Shown here in pieces: positions 24,621 to 37,569 of a stretch of DNA of 64,000 nt. The notes beneath the pieces are model-generated. The model had not been told where the DNA came from, made no database searches, and saw only the letters and a list, made by a program, of their open reading frames with translations. The stretch is from Squalus acanthias. Lineage: Eukaryota. How positions within the stretch are numbered: position 1 is the first letter of the stretch; every line of letters starts with the position of its first letter. Location: contig CM059432.1 of the NCBI GenBank assembly GCA_030390025.1, positions 83,020,001 to 83,084,000 of the forward strand, given 5' to 3'. The position numbers and the translations under genes are program-made.

Positions 24621-25454
24621 TTCTTTTAGGGAAAGAAAAAAAGAAACCCATTGCCCTTGTTATAATGGTTCAAAGCAGCAGCAAATAAATTTATTTTATC
24701 TTCTAGACCGCCAAGCCTTTTTACAAAAATAATTTTCCAATAAGTTTTGGCTCAAATACCACCGAGGACACAGTAGAAATCAGGAGATTTCCAGTCAGAA
24801 GCATAGAAGAATCAAAATTATTTCCCCAATTTTGACCAGTTGAATTATGTAAAAAAAATAACTAAGAACCACCTGCTGGACTAGTTAGAAGACTGAAGAT
24901 TGCATTTTAATTAACTGTCTCTATGCTGAGCTTAAGCAATCAGCCCCAGTTAAGTAGATAAGATACTCCGGTGTTCCCAACCTAAAAATATTTTCTGACA
25001 TATTTGCACACTTAACATAATCCATTATAAACAGACAATCACATTGGAACAACTTCCAACTTATTAGATTTGTGTACAAACATGCAATGCAAACAAGACA
25101 CAAGTATGCAATACAGAAGACAAGGACATCCTCCGAAATGAAAAAGGCTACGAGACAATTTCCCCCATCCACTCTTCTGTTCCTCTCTTAAAAGCAACAA
25201 CTTTTTGCGAGGGCACAATTCCACCAGCCCTTTCCCATTCAAATGGCCGTTCATCGTTGTGCCTAAATAGTGGGAGCCAGCACGTTTTTCCAATTGAGGG
25301 TTCTGTCCTCACCCAATCGCACACACATGAACCTCCAATGTTCACTGAATAACATTCAAGACCAGAAACTCTAGCTCTTCTTCACCCCCTCCCAAAGACC
25401 AATTTCACCCCAACTGAGAACAATTAGCATAGCACAGATCCTTCCTCGTTTGTA

Positions 25455-26660
25455 TTTTTTTAAATTTGTAATCAGGATGTAGGTGACACTGGCAGGGCCA
25501 CATTTATTTCCTATCCCCAGTTACCATAAGGTGGGCCTTCTCCTTCAATTGCTCCAATGGACTAGCATTCCATTGCAATACTAATTTAGCGCTTCACTGC
25601 AAGGTGCTGTTTTTCAAATGAGGCATTAAACCAAAGCATTGCAAACTGAGGACCAGTTTAGGTGAACATTAAAGTATCCATAGCACCAGTGTAGTGTAGG
25701 TGATGCTGCTCCCAAGATGGTTTTAGGTAGGGAATTGCAGGAAACTGACCCAGTAACAATGAAGGAACAGTGATAAATGTTCATGTCAGGATGCTATGCA
25801 ACTTGGAGGTGATGGTGTTTCTATGGCATTGCTCATCTTGTCCTTTTTGGTGGTAGAGGTTTCAAGTCAGGAGGTGCTGTGAAGTAAGTTTGGCAAGTTG
25901 CTGGACGTAGTTAGAGCTTCAATCCCACTCCGCTGATGGTGAAGGGGGTCACTATTGAGTTCTGTGGTTGGGGTGCCAATCAACTGGACTGCTCTGTCCT
26001 GGATGGTGTCGAGCTTAGAGTGTCGCTGTGACTGCACCTATCCAGGCGAGTGGTGAATCACGCGTCACTTTCATGACTCAACTTTATAGATCGCAAAGAG
26101 GCTTGGAGGAACAGGAGGCTAGCTACAAACAGTTCCAAGATTCTGCCCTGTTCTTGTAGCCCGTGTTGATGTGGCTGGTCCAGTTAAGCTCCTGGTCAAA
26201 GGTGACCCTAGGATGTGGATGGGGGATTCAGCAACGGCGGCACGCTAAAGGTCAAGAGCTGATGGATGAGCCATTTCTTATTTTAGATAATCATTGTCTG
26301 GTGCTTATGTGGTGCAACACTTATGCAGAAGAAACTCTACCCACCACTTGTCAGCTCAAGTCTGGACGTTGTCCAGGTCCTCCTTTAGGCTGGCATGGGC
26401 TGCTTCCTTTTTGGAGGAGTTGTGAATGGAGCTGAACACTGTACAATCATCAGCAAACAGCCCCACTCCTGTCCTTATGTTAGAGAAAAGATAATTGATG
26501 AAGCAGCTAAAAATGGTTGGGCCCAGGATGTTGCCATAAGGAACTCCATTAGTGATCTCCTGGGACTGCGAATGATATGCCTCCGACAATCATGACCATC
26601 TTTCTGCATGTCAGGTACAACACCAATCACTGGAAGGTTTTCCCACTGACCTGTTTTGCT
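25455..26660 (-). mobile_element. Second CR1-group LINE family, decayed RT-3' fragment with an inserted SINE piece
   Basis: ORF 26356-26589 GVPYGNILGPTIFSCFIN..GLFADDCTVFS; reverse complement of the family 3' terminus at ~25465-25520. Confidence 0.82.
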
Positions 26661-26750
26661 CGGGCTTCTGGTTGGGGAAAATGGTTCGGTACAACACTAG
26701 GCATCAGACCCAATGACCAAACAGCTTTTGTCTTTTCAAAAAAAAAGATA

Positions 26751-29700
26751 TTTCTTCTATACAGCAATACAGTACTTGCTGCAACATTCCTTAGTCTCAA
26801 CCACAAACTAAAGACAAGTGAAATGGCTGGCTGAAGAATGGAGGAGTGAAACTTGAAGAATTTATTAAATTTATCTATATATGACTCTTGCCAATAGAAA
26901 GACACCTTAATAAAGTGCGGAGACTGGGGATCTTTCACTACAAGAGGCTCATTTATTTTTAATAAACTGAATTGTGAAGAAATTCTTTCACTGAATAAAT
27001 TTGTATTATTGCAACCACCCTAATATTAACTGGGATAGATTCAATGTAAAAGGTATAGAGGGTGCAGAATTCTTAAAATACATTCAGGAACTTTTTTTAG
27101 CCAATACGTAGCAAGCCCAACAAGAGAGGGGGTGGTTCTGGACTTGGTTTTAGGGAACGAAGCTGGGCAGGTGGAGGGGACATCAGTGGGAGAGCATTAT
27201 GGTGGTAGTGATCATAATTCAGTTAGATTTAGCGTAGTTATGGAAAAGGACAAAGGTAGTCCAGGAGTAAAAGTTCTCAATTGGGGAAAGGCCAATTTTA
27301 CTAAGCTGAGATATGATTTAGCTTAAGTGGACTGGAAACAACTACTTGAAGGTAAATCAGTGTCAGAGCAGTGAAGGCATTCAAGGAGCAGATAGTGAGG
27401 ATTCAGAGCAAATATGTTCCCACAAAGAAAAAGTGTGGGACTCCCAAATCTAGAGCCTATGAGGAGAGATTGAGCCTATACGCTCTGGAGTTTAGAAGAG
27501 AGGTGATCTCATTGAAACATAAGATTCTGAGGGGGATTGACAGGGTAGATGCTGAGAGATTCTTTCCCCTGGCTGGACAGTCTAGAACTCGGGGGCATCG
27601 TCTCAGGATAAGGGGTCGGCCATTTAAGACGGAGATGAGGAATTTCTTCACTCGCAGCGTTGTGAATCTTTGGAATTCTCTACCCCAAAGGACTGAGGAT
27701 GCTGTGTCGTCGAGTATATTCAAGGCTGAGACAGATAGATTTTTGGACTCTAGGGGAATCAAGGGATATGGGTAAAGCGAAGTTGAGGTCAAAGATCAGC
27801 CATGATTTTATTGAATGGCGGAGCAGTCTCGAAGGACCGTATGGCCTACTCCTGCTCCTAATTCTTGTTATGTTCTAAAGAAAGAGTAGGGCCGATTAAA
27901 GACCAAAAAGGTAACCTGTGTGTTGAGGCGGAAGACGGGCGTATGGTTCTTAATGAATACTTTGCATCTGTCTTCATAAAAGAGAGGGATGATGCAGACA
28001 TTGTAGTTGAGCAGCAGTATGAAATATTAGATGAGATAAACAAACATAGTCAGAGAGGAAATATATAAGGGATTTAGCATCTTTGAAAGTAGATAAATCA
28101 CCAGACCCGGATGAAATGTATCCCAGTCTGTTGGGAGAAGCAAAGGAGGAAATAGCGGAGGCTCTGACCATCATTTTCCAATCCTCTCTGGCTAGAGGTG
28201 TGGTGCCGGAGGATTGCTAACGTTGTACCGTTGTTTAAAAAAGGGAGAAAGGGATAGATCGAGTAATTATTGGAAATAAATTCTGAGGGACAGTACTAAT
28301 CGTCATTTAGAAATTGACAGATTAATCAAGGACAGTCAGCATGGATTTGTTAAGGGGAGGTTGTGACTGACTACCTTGATCGAATTTTTTGAGGAGGTAA
28401 CAAGGAATATTGATGAGGGTAGTGCGTTTGATTTAGTGTACATGAATTTCAGCAAGGTCCCACATGGCAGATTGGTCAGAAAAGTAAAAGCCCATGGGAT
28501 CCAAGGGAACATAAGAACATAAGAAATAGGAGCAGGAGTAGGCCAATTGGCCCCTCGAGCCTGCTCCGCCATTTAATAAGATCATGGCTGATCTGATCCT
28601 AACCGCCAATCTACTATCACAGAACCATCTCCTGAATCTAACAGAATTGGACACACGAAATAGGAGCAGGATCAGGCTACACGGCCCCTGGGCCCGCTCC
28701 GCTACCCACAGGGCCATGACCGATCCGAACCTAGACTCGTGTCCAAATTCCTGCCCGCTCCCCGTAACCCTTAATTCCCTTTACTTCTAGGAAACTGTCT
28801 ATTTCTGTTTTAAATTTATGTAATGATGTAGCTTCTACAGCTTTTTGGGGCAGCATATTCCATGGACCTACCACCCTCTGAGTGAAGTAGTTCCTTCTCA
28901 TCTCAGTTTTGAAAGAGCAGCCCCTTATTCTAAGACTATGCCCCCTAGTTGGCAAGTTGGATCCAAAATTGGCTCAGTGGCAGGAAGCAAAGGGTAATGG
29001 TCGACGGATGTTTTTGTGACTGGAAGGCTGTTTCCAGTGGGGTCTGCACGGCTCAGTACTCGGTCCCTTGCTTTTTGTGGTATATATCAATGATTTAGAC
29101 TTCAATGTACTGTAGTAGGAAGCATGATTAAGAAGTTTGCAGATGATACAAAAATTGGCAGTGTGGTTGATCGTGAGGAAGAAAGCTGTTGACTGCAGGG
29201 AGATATCAATGGACTGGTCAGGTGGGCAGAAAAGTGGCAAATGGAATTCAATCTGGAGAAGTGAGAGATAATGCATTTGGGGAGGGCTAACAAGGCAAGG
29301 GAATACACAATAAATGGTAGGATACTGAGAAGTGTAGAGGAACAGAGGGACCTTGGAGTACATGTCCACAGATCCCTGAAGGTAGCAGGACAGGTAGATA
29401 AGGCGGCAGACAGGATACTTTCCTTTATTAGCCGAGGCATAGAATACAAGAGCTGGGAGGTTATGCTCGAGCTGTATAAAACACTAGTTAGGCCACAGCT
29501 AGAGTACTGCGTGCAGTTCTTTGGAACAGAGGAGGCTGAGGGGAGACTTAATTGAGGTGTATAAAATTATGAGGGGCCTAGATAGAGTGGATAGAAAGGA
29601 CCTATTTCCTTTAGCAGAGTGGTTAAAAACCAGGGGGCATAGATTTAAAGTGATTGGTAGAAGGATTAGAGGGGAGTTGAGGAGAACTTTTTTCACCCAG

Positions 29701-30058
29701 AGGGTGGTGGGGGTCTGGAACTCACTGCCTGAAAGGGTGGTAGAGGCTGAAACCCTCATCACATTTAAAAATCACTTGGATATGCACCTGAAGTGCTGTA
29801 ACCTACAGGGCTACGGACCAAGAGCTGGAAAATGAGATTCGGCTGGATAGCTCTTTTTCAGCCGGCACAGACACAATGGGCTGAATGGCCTCCTTCTGTG
29901 CCGTAAATTTCTATGATTCGATGATTGTAAAATTCACAAGTACGAATAAGATGATTTTAAGTTTCATTCTATTTTTCAAATCAGCCATTTCACTTGCATT
30001 TAAGTTTAGTTGAGGTTATGGAATGTTGCAATAAGTACTGATTCCTGCACAGAAGAAA
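26751..30058. repeat. Imperfect ~105-bp inverted repeat pair (26751-26855 and 29959-30058) flanking a CR1 insertion
   Basis: tttcttctatacagcaatacagtacttgctgcaacattcc..ctcaac..caagtgaaatggctg..tgaaactt aligns with the reverse complement of 29959-30058. Confidence 0.8.
27014..29925 (+). mobile_element. CR1 LINE (EN end to 3' tail) with two nested CR1 3' fragments (27456-27860 +; 28508-28950 -)
   Basis: LDLVLGNE..GSDHNSVRF, LNEYFASVF, RPQLEYCVQF, RLRGDLIEVYKIM, FFTQRVVGVWNSLP; tail ttctatgattcgatgatt. Confidence 0.92.
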
Positions 30059-31841
30059 AAGCCGAGTGTGCTACTGAACTAACAGACTAGGAAGGTTCAC
30101 CCTGATTCAGCTCAGTTTCTGTCTTCACAGGGAGGCATGAAAGCCTGTTGGAAGACATATTTTACAGACTTTCAACTTGATAAGGAATCTCTCAGGACTG
30201 TGTTGCACTCAACGAAACTGGGAAAGAATTGTAATTTGATCAATTTCAGCTATTACACAATCCAAAAAAGGGAAGCCTGGCACGCACACACTATATACAT
30301 TCAGTTTCAACGAACTGTGTAACCATTTAACTTCTATAACCTTGAAACTTGTGTAAGCAAAGCAAAATGGACCGTGCAGAAAACAAATTAATATTTTGTG
30401 CTTTCTTGAAATTACTACCACTGCAAGCTGAAATAGTACATCTATTAATCCAGTCATTGTGTGTTAGTCAGGCACTAAAACAAAAATTCTACTAACAGGT
30501 GCTATTCCTTTAACCCTTTAGTGCTGGTAATTCATGGAAACAGACAAAATCCAGGAATTGGGTGTAATGGCCTTCCTTCCACTACTGCTTATATGTACAA
30601 CAGCATAAAAGGCTCATACACACATACCATGAATTACAATGGAACACCATGTCCTGGGGTTTCTTGTGTATTTTCAAATATTTTTAAGTTAATTGATTTC
30701 TGCTTTTTGAATCTTACTTAGGAGGTTTATTCCCTTTCTCTCACTTCTCCATCTGGTCTCATTTTAGCCCAGATGGTAAAACCACCTGGACTTCTCCACA
30801 ACTGCTTTCAAAACCACTTAAATGTAAGCCAACAGGAGGCACACTTTGCAGCATGGAGTCACTCTCCTTGCCAATTTCACTTTGCCCCAAGGTGAAGCAG
30901 TGGCTCAGCCAAGAATTAAAAAAAGTCAGCCATTGAGGGTAGCTGTTTTTGGATGGCATCATGGTTGGATATCTGTGAGTGGGATTCTAATATTCACAAC
31001 ATTTAAGTTACCAGGGTGTACACTCAATGTAATGACTTAGCCTGGTAATTATAGTGATCAATTCTGAAAGGGTATCAAGCTTTATAATGAAGACTCTTCG
31101 CCTAAGAATTCAAGTCACTATTTAGTAGCTCGTGTTGAATTGTGCTCTCCAGACAATGAGAAAAAAATTACGACTACACAAAGGATGCTACATGTGAAAA
31201 CTGGGACTTTGCCAAGAAACCCAAACTGAATGCTATTTAGCTAGACTTATCCTTACTGTAGTTAAAGAAATTAATATTACCTTCATTCCTGCCTTTTAGA
31301 AGTCTGATCAAGAAAACCTCTAGCTCCATCCTCAAAATATTTAATACAAAGTCATTAGTGAGCAGACAACCTTAGACCAACCACTGCTGAAAGAAAGTAA
31401 ACCAGAGCACATACTGAGGGAGGCAAGCAGCAGCTTATCTCCTCCGTCATCTGTCCATGATGATAGCTGACAAGCTAGCTGCACAAATCCTTTAGACCCT
31501 CTAACAATCATAAACAGCCGAGTAATTGAAAATTCCTATGACTTATTTTCCAATTGCTAAAAAAAGTTTCCTTTAACTAAGATAATAGCGAGCCTACAAT
31601 TGTGTGACTCAAAAGCTACGCTATATAGCCTGTTCATATAAAACAGTGCAAAGAGTCTACCTGCTAATTATAACATAGGAGACTATTTGGGTAAAATTCC
31701 ATAAGTTGAGATACAAATCAGATCTGAATTGGAATCAAATTTGCTCACGGTTTATTTTTTAAATTTTCTCCAATGAGAACATCCAGAAGACAGAAAATTA
31801 CAATAGATTATATAAAAACATACAACACCGCCCGTATTTAG

Positions 31842-32015
31842 TGTAGTACTGAGGAAGTGCTCCACTGTTGGAGGTGCCATCTTTCGGATGAGGTGTTAAA
31901 CCAAAGCCTTGTCTGCCCCCTCAGATGGATATAAAAGAACTATTCGAAGAAGAGCAGGAGAGTTCTCTGTGACCTAGCCAACATTTATCCCTCAACCAAC
32001 ACCACTAAAATAGAT
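31842..32015 (+). mobile_element. DeuSINE, left half (split by the CR1 at 32021-34627)
   Basis: Deu core running up to aacatttatccctcaaccaacaccactaaaatagat. Confidence 0.8.
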
Positions 32016-32020
32016 CTTAT

Positions 32021-34627
32021 CATAGAGTCATAACGGCACAGAAGGTGGCCATTCGGCCCATCGAGTCCATGCCAGCTCTCTGTAGAGCAATCCAATCAAT
32101 CCCATTCCCCCACTCTATCCCCGTAGCCCTGCAAGTTTATTTCCCTCAAGTGCCTATCCAATTTCCTTTTAAAACCATTGATCATCTCTGCTTCCACCAC
32201 CCTCGTCAGCAGCGAGTTCCAGGTCATTACCACTCGCTGCGTAAAAAAGTTCTTCCTCACATCCCCCCTGTAGCACTTGCCCAAAACCTTAAATCTGTGT
32301 CCCCTAATGGGAACAGCCTTTCTCTGTCTACCTTATCTAAATCGTCATAATCTTGTACACTTCCATCAAATCTCCCCTCAACCTCCTTTGCTCCAAGGAA
32401 AACAACCCCAGCTTCACCAACCTGTCCTTGTAGCTAAAATCCCTCATCCCTGGAACCATTCTGGTAAATCTCCTCTGCACCCTCTCAAGGATCTTCACAT
32501 CCTTCCTAAAGTGTGACAACCAGAACTGGACGCAATACTCCAGTTGTGGCCTAACCAGCGCTTTATAAAGTTTCAGCATAACCTCTCTGCTTTTGTACTC
32601 AATACCTCTATTTATGAAGCCCAAGATCCCATATGCTTTGCTAACTACTCTCTCAATATGTCCTGCCACCTTCAAAGATCTATGCACATGAACCCCCAGG
32701 TTCCTGTGTCCCTGCACACTCTTTAGAACTGTGCCATTAAGTCTATATTGCCTCTGCCTAGCCCTTCTGCCAAAATGCATCACCTCACACTTCTCTGTAT
32801 TAAATTCTATCTGCCACTTGTCTGCCCATTCTGCTAGCCTATCTATGTCCTGCTGTAGTCGATTGGTATCCTCCTCACTGTTTGCCACACCTCCAAGTTT
32901 GCCGTCATCAGCAAATTTTTACATTTTACTCTGTATTCCAATATCCAAGTCATTTATATATATCAAAAAAAAGCAGTGGTCCTAGCACTGACCCTTGGGG
33001 AACACCACTGTCTACCATCCTCCAGTCTGAACAACCACCATTTACCACGACTTGCGGTTTTCTGTCCTTAAGCCAATTTCTTATCAGAGCTGACACTGAC
33101 CCTCCTATTCCACGAGCCTCAATTTTGTTAACCAGCCTTTTATGTGGTACTTTGTCAAACGCTTTCTTAAAATCCATATAGACAACATCCACTGCATTCC
33201 CTTCATCAACCTTCTCTGTTACTTCATCAAAAAATTCAATTAGATTAGTCAAGCACGATCTGCCTTTTACAAATCCGTGCTGGCTCTCCTTAATTAACTT
33301 AAACCTCTCCAAGTGCCTGTTAATTTTTTCCCTGATTATTGTTTCTAAAACCTTACCCACCACTGATGTTAAGCTGCCCTTTCTTGAACAAGGGTGTCAC
33401 ATTTACCACTTTCCAATCCTCTTATCTAGGGAAGATTGGAAGATTATGACAAGCCCTTCGCTATCACCACACCCACTTCCCTTAGCAACCTGGGATGCAA
33501 GCCATCCGGACAAGGCGACTTATCCACTCTAAGCATATCCAGGACATCCTATCAATTTTCACCCCATCCATTACCTCTACTATCTCGGCTTCTACTGATA
33601 TTTTGTCAGCATCCTCTTCCTTAGTAAACACCGATACAAAGTACTCATTGAGTATTCCAGCCTTGCCCTGTGCCTCTAAGCATATGTCACCTTTTTTGTC
33701 TCGAATAGGCCCCATCCTGCCTCTTACGATCCGTTTACTATTTACATGCTGGTAGAAGATTTTTGGGTTCCCTTTTATGTTAACTGCCATTCTATTCGCA
33801 TATTCTCTCTTTGCCAATCTTATTTTCCTCTTCACTTCCCCTCTCAACTTATTGTATTTGGCCTGGTTCTCTTGAAGAATTCACCGGACATGCATCATAC
33901 ACCTTTTTTTGTTTCATAATATTCTCCATCTCCCTCTTCATCTAAGGAGTCCTGGCTTTGGTTCCCCTACTTTTCTTGTTGAAATGTACCTAGCCTGTAC
34001 CCGAAACATCTCTTCCTTAAAGATCACCTATTGTTCCGTTACAGTTTTTCTTGTCAATCATTGGTTCCATTTTACCTTGGCTAGATCCCCTCTCATCCCA
34101 TTGAAGTTAGCCCTCTTTCAACTTAGAAGTTCTACTTTAGATTGTTCCTTGCTTTTCTCCATTACTAATCCAAACCTTATGATACAATGATCACTCATAC
34201 CCAAGTGTTCTCCCACAGACACTTGGACGACCTGGCCTACCTCATTCCCCAGCACCAAATCCAGCAATGGCTCCTTCCTAGTTGGGCCGAAAACATACTG
34301 GTCAAGGAAGTTCTTCTGAACACATTTCAGAAATTCCTCCCCCTCCTTTCCCCTAATCGATATTTGGGTAATTAAAGTCCCCCAATATCACCACTCTATA
34401 GCTCTTGCACATCTCTGATTTCCCTGCAGATTTGCTCCTCTATCTCTCTCTCTCACTATTTGGAGGCCTATAGAATACCCCCACAATAGCATGATCATAC
34501 CCTTTTTGCTTCTCAACTCGGATTCTGTCCTTGTCCCCTCCAGGACATCTTCTCTTTCCAACACTACAATGTCTTCCCTAAATCAGTACTGCCACCCCAC
34601 CTCCCTTTTTTCCTTCCTTATCTTTTC
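32021..34627 (-). mobile_element. CR1 LINE, 5'-truncated (EN end, RT, 3' end)
   Basis: ORFs 33482-33847, 32950-33363, 32337-32888 and 32096-32284 carry the canonical CR1 RT motifs. Confidence 0.95.
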
Positions 34628-34786
34628 TGATTTATCTGATTTTCTTCTCACAACAACCTTGCTGTTCCCAAATTCTGCCATGTTTGCTTTTATTACAAAC
34701 ACTTCAAAAGTACTTGATTGGCTGCGATGCACTTTGAGATGTCCTGAGGATGTGAAAGGCTCTGTATAAATACAAGTTCTTCTTCC
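34628..34786 (+). mobile_element. DeuSINE, right half/tail
   Basis: ttatctg...cacttcaaaagtacttgattggctg..ctttgagatgtcctgagg..gtgaaaggctctgtataaatacaagttcttc continues the 31842-32015 piece. Confidence 0.78.
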
Positions 34787-34871
34787 TACTACACTACAGG
34801 CATTATGCACCAGTGACATCTGAACTCTGAACAGTTAAAATCTTCTGGAAAAAGTCCTACTTTTAACATAC

Positions 34872-34951
34872 CTTGACTTTACTCCAAAAACACCACTAGG
34901 GCATTTCGGTTGCAATACGATTGACAATCTTCAGGCATTATCCTCCTCACT
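34872..34951 (-). other. Candidate 80-nt non-coding exon (5' UTR or lncRNA)
   Basis: Minus strand: acceptor ttttctcttttggcag, 80-nt body, donor AAG|gtatgt. Lies in unique sequence; stops in all three frames. Confidence 0.4.
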
Positions 34952-36464
34952 CTGCCAAAAGAGAAAATGTAACAATATTTATCAAAATGATACATTGCCA
35001 ATCCAATCCTTCACCCAGACTGCATACTTGGGTCAATCAAACTACAGTGGTTTCATTATTGCAATAATGATTTACCCCTTTGGACCAAGCACTAAAGAAC
35101 AAATTGCACAAAATTATACCATCATGGGATTTGTTAAATCAAAGCCTTTAAGGAGATACTACGTTCCTTAGTTGGGTCAACATACCATCTTTTCAGGTCA
35201 TGGAACCCATGTGCGACTAAAGTCCGGGCTAAGCATGAAAATCATTCCTAACAACTCGAAGGTTCTGGGGTAAAATAAGCTTGCATACCTAGTGGGCATT
35301 ATTTCATAGCATATCTCTCCCTTGTATTCTAAATTAATTGGCACTCAGGCTATAAGCATGCCTGGTGTGTAAAACAGAAATGCCACACTGGTGCAGTGGG
35401 AGGATGTTGTTTAGTGCAGAGGTTAAGGCAGTGTAGTATCAGTCTTTTACTGTACTTAACAGGAGAGTGCTCAATACCAATGCCGAGTGCTCCCTAGCGG
35501 CGAGATGCTCATCAGCACAAACCCTTAAAAAAAACACGTTTTATATAAAAGCAAATTCTGTTTTTTCTTAACACACAGATACAGCCTCTTCTATATAAAT
35601 ATTTTTTAATCTATATATCTCCGCAGTACAGAGGGTTTCCCCAATGAATAGGAACTATTTTTCTTGCGTTCACTTGTACATACCAGAAATCCAAAGTTCA
35701 TTGCTTAATCATCTACGTTGGTTGACAAACTCATTATTGCCAACTTAGAAATACAATTGCAAAGACACATTCACACGAGTTGGCCTCACCCCAATTTTCA
35801 TAGTTTAACTCAACTATAAATCAACGTTTAAAGCTCACTGGATTCTGATCTACTACAGTGCCCAAAAAGATTCTAACTAGAAGAGTGACAGTTCCGCCCT
35901 CAACTAGCATCTGGGCTCCAACAGCATACAAGAGCACATTCTGCCGATCTCAACTGAACTATTAAATGTACATCTGGAGTACAGTATGTTCATTGTAATT
36001 GTAACTGCATTGTTTGAATTTCTAGACACTGCAGTTGCAGAAGATACATACGTACATGCATGCAGGAAAGTGCAGAGTACCATCTGCAGCAATGCAATTA
36101 AAACTACACAATTATTAAAACCTAAAATCAGGATTATGGTCTCAGAACTTTTAAATTCTTCCTGATCTAAATTCAAATTATTCCAGCATGGAGAATATTA
36201 AAATAATTCTCAGAAAAATTGTCCCGAACCAACTTTTTTTTTTTTGCAGTACTCTACGTATGCAACTTTATATGTACCCGAAATGGGGCCCCTTTCCAGT
36301 GGGAGAATGCTTCAACCATTGGTTTATTTATATTGCAGAACTACTTCAAGAAGGACTGGAGCGTGAAACACCCATACATCTTGCACATTACAGGCCTCCA
36401 CAGATGACCTGAGCTGCTTAGCCCATTACTGGCCAGAAAAGAGGTTCTACAATGTTTAGCCCCA

Positions 36465-37500
36465 ATCACAACTCTTCCAACAAAAAAGTAACCCATGCCA
36501 GCCTACAGCAGGACCTGAACAATATCCAGGCTTGGGCCGGCAATGGCAGGTAACACTCAGGCCACATAAGTGGCAGGCAATGACTATTGCCAGCAAGAAA
36601 AATAGGCCTAACATGACCTTCAATGGCAGAAGTGGAGGGGAGGTATCCCCGGTGTCCTGACCAATATTTATCCCTCAACCATCATCACAAACAGATTATC
36701 TGGTCATCACGTTGCTGTGCACAAAAAGGCTGCTGCGTTTCCTACATTACAACAGTGACCACTTCAAAAGTATTATAATCGGCTGTAAAGCGCTTTGGGA
36801 CGCCCTGAGGTAGTTTATTTTTGCTAATAATCTCTTGTGCGGAACCTTATGAAATGTCTTCTGGGCAGTCCATACATACAACATCCACAGACACTCCCTA
36901 TCCACCATGCGAATGGAGATTACCACTGACTAGAAGCTTAATGGAGCCAGCCATATCAACACCTTAGTTACAAAAGCACAGCAGTTGCTGGTCAATTTTC
37001 AATAAGCGTTTCACCTCCCGACGAGTCAGAGCCTCTTAGGTCAGGAGTATGATGGAATACTCACTACTCATCTGGATGGGTACAACCACAACACTCAAGG
37101 AGCTCGACACCATCAAGGATAGAACAGTCCACTTGATCAGCACAACAGACACTGAACAATATGCCTCCCTTCCACCATCAGCACACTGTGGTGGCAGGAT
37201 GCTCTGCAACAACTAACCCAGCTTACTTCGACAGCACCTCTCAGCCCAGTGACTTCTATCATCAATAGGGATGTGAGGAACACCACAGAAACACTATCAC
37301 CTCCAAGTCGCACACCATCTGACTTGGACATATGTCGCCATTCCTTCATCATTATTTGATCAAAATCCTGGAACTCCCCAGCTAACACCATCATCACAAG
37401 ATACGAGATCATTCAAGGAGAAGACCCAACAGCACCATAGCGGGCCAACTAGGGATGGGAAATAATGTGAATTTGGCAGCATCGACCACAATCTGGGAAC
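36465..37500 (+). mobile_element. Second CR1-group LINE family, old 3' fragment with a composite SINE+CR1 insert (~36630-36915)
   Basis: cacaactcttcc..cagcaggacctgaacaatatccaggcttggg..; decayed family 3' terminus at ~37450-37500. Confidence 0.78.
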
Positions 37501-37569
37501 TAAAAACAAAAGCTGCATTTATACAACTGCATCTTGACTGGTAGCTTTCAATTAAGGATCAATAAAGGA

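Noticed and set aside
31281..31329. Minus-strand ATG-to-donor mini exon (MELEVFLIRLLKGRNE)
   Set aside because: Such short ATG plus GT patterns occur by chance; no promoter context or recognisable peptide.
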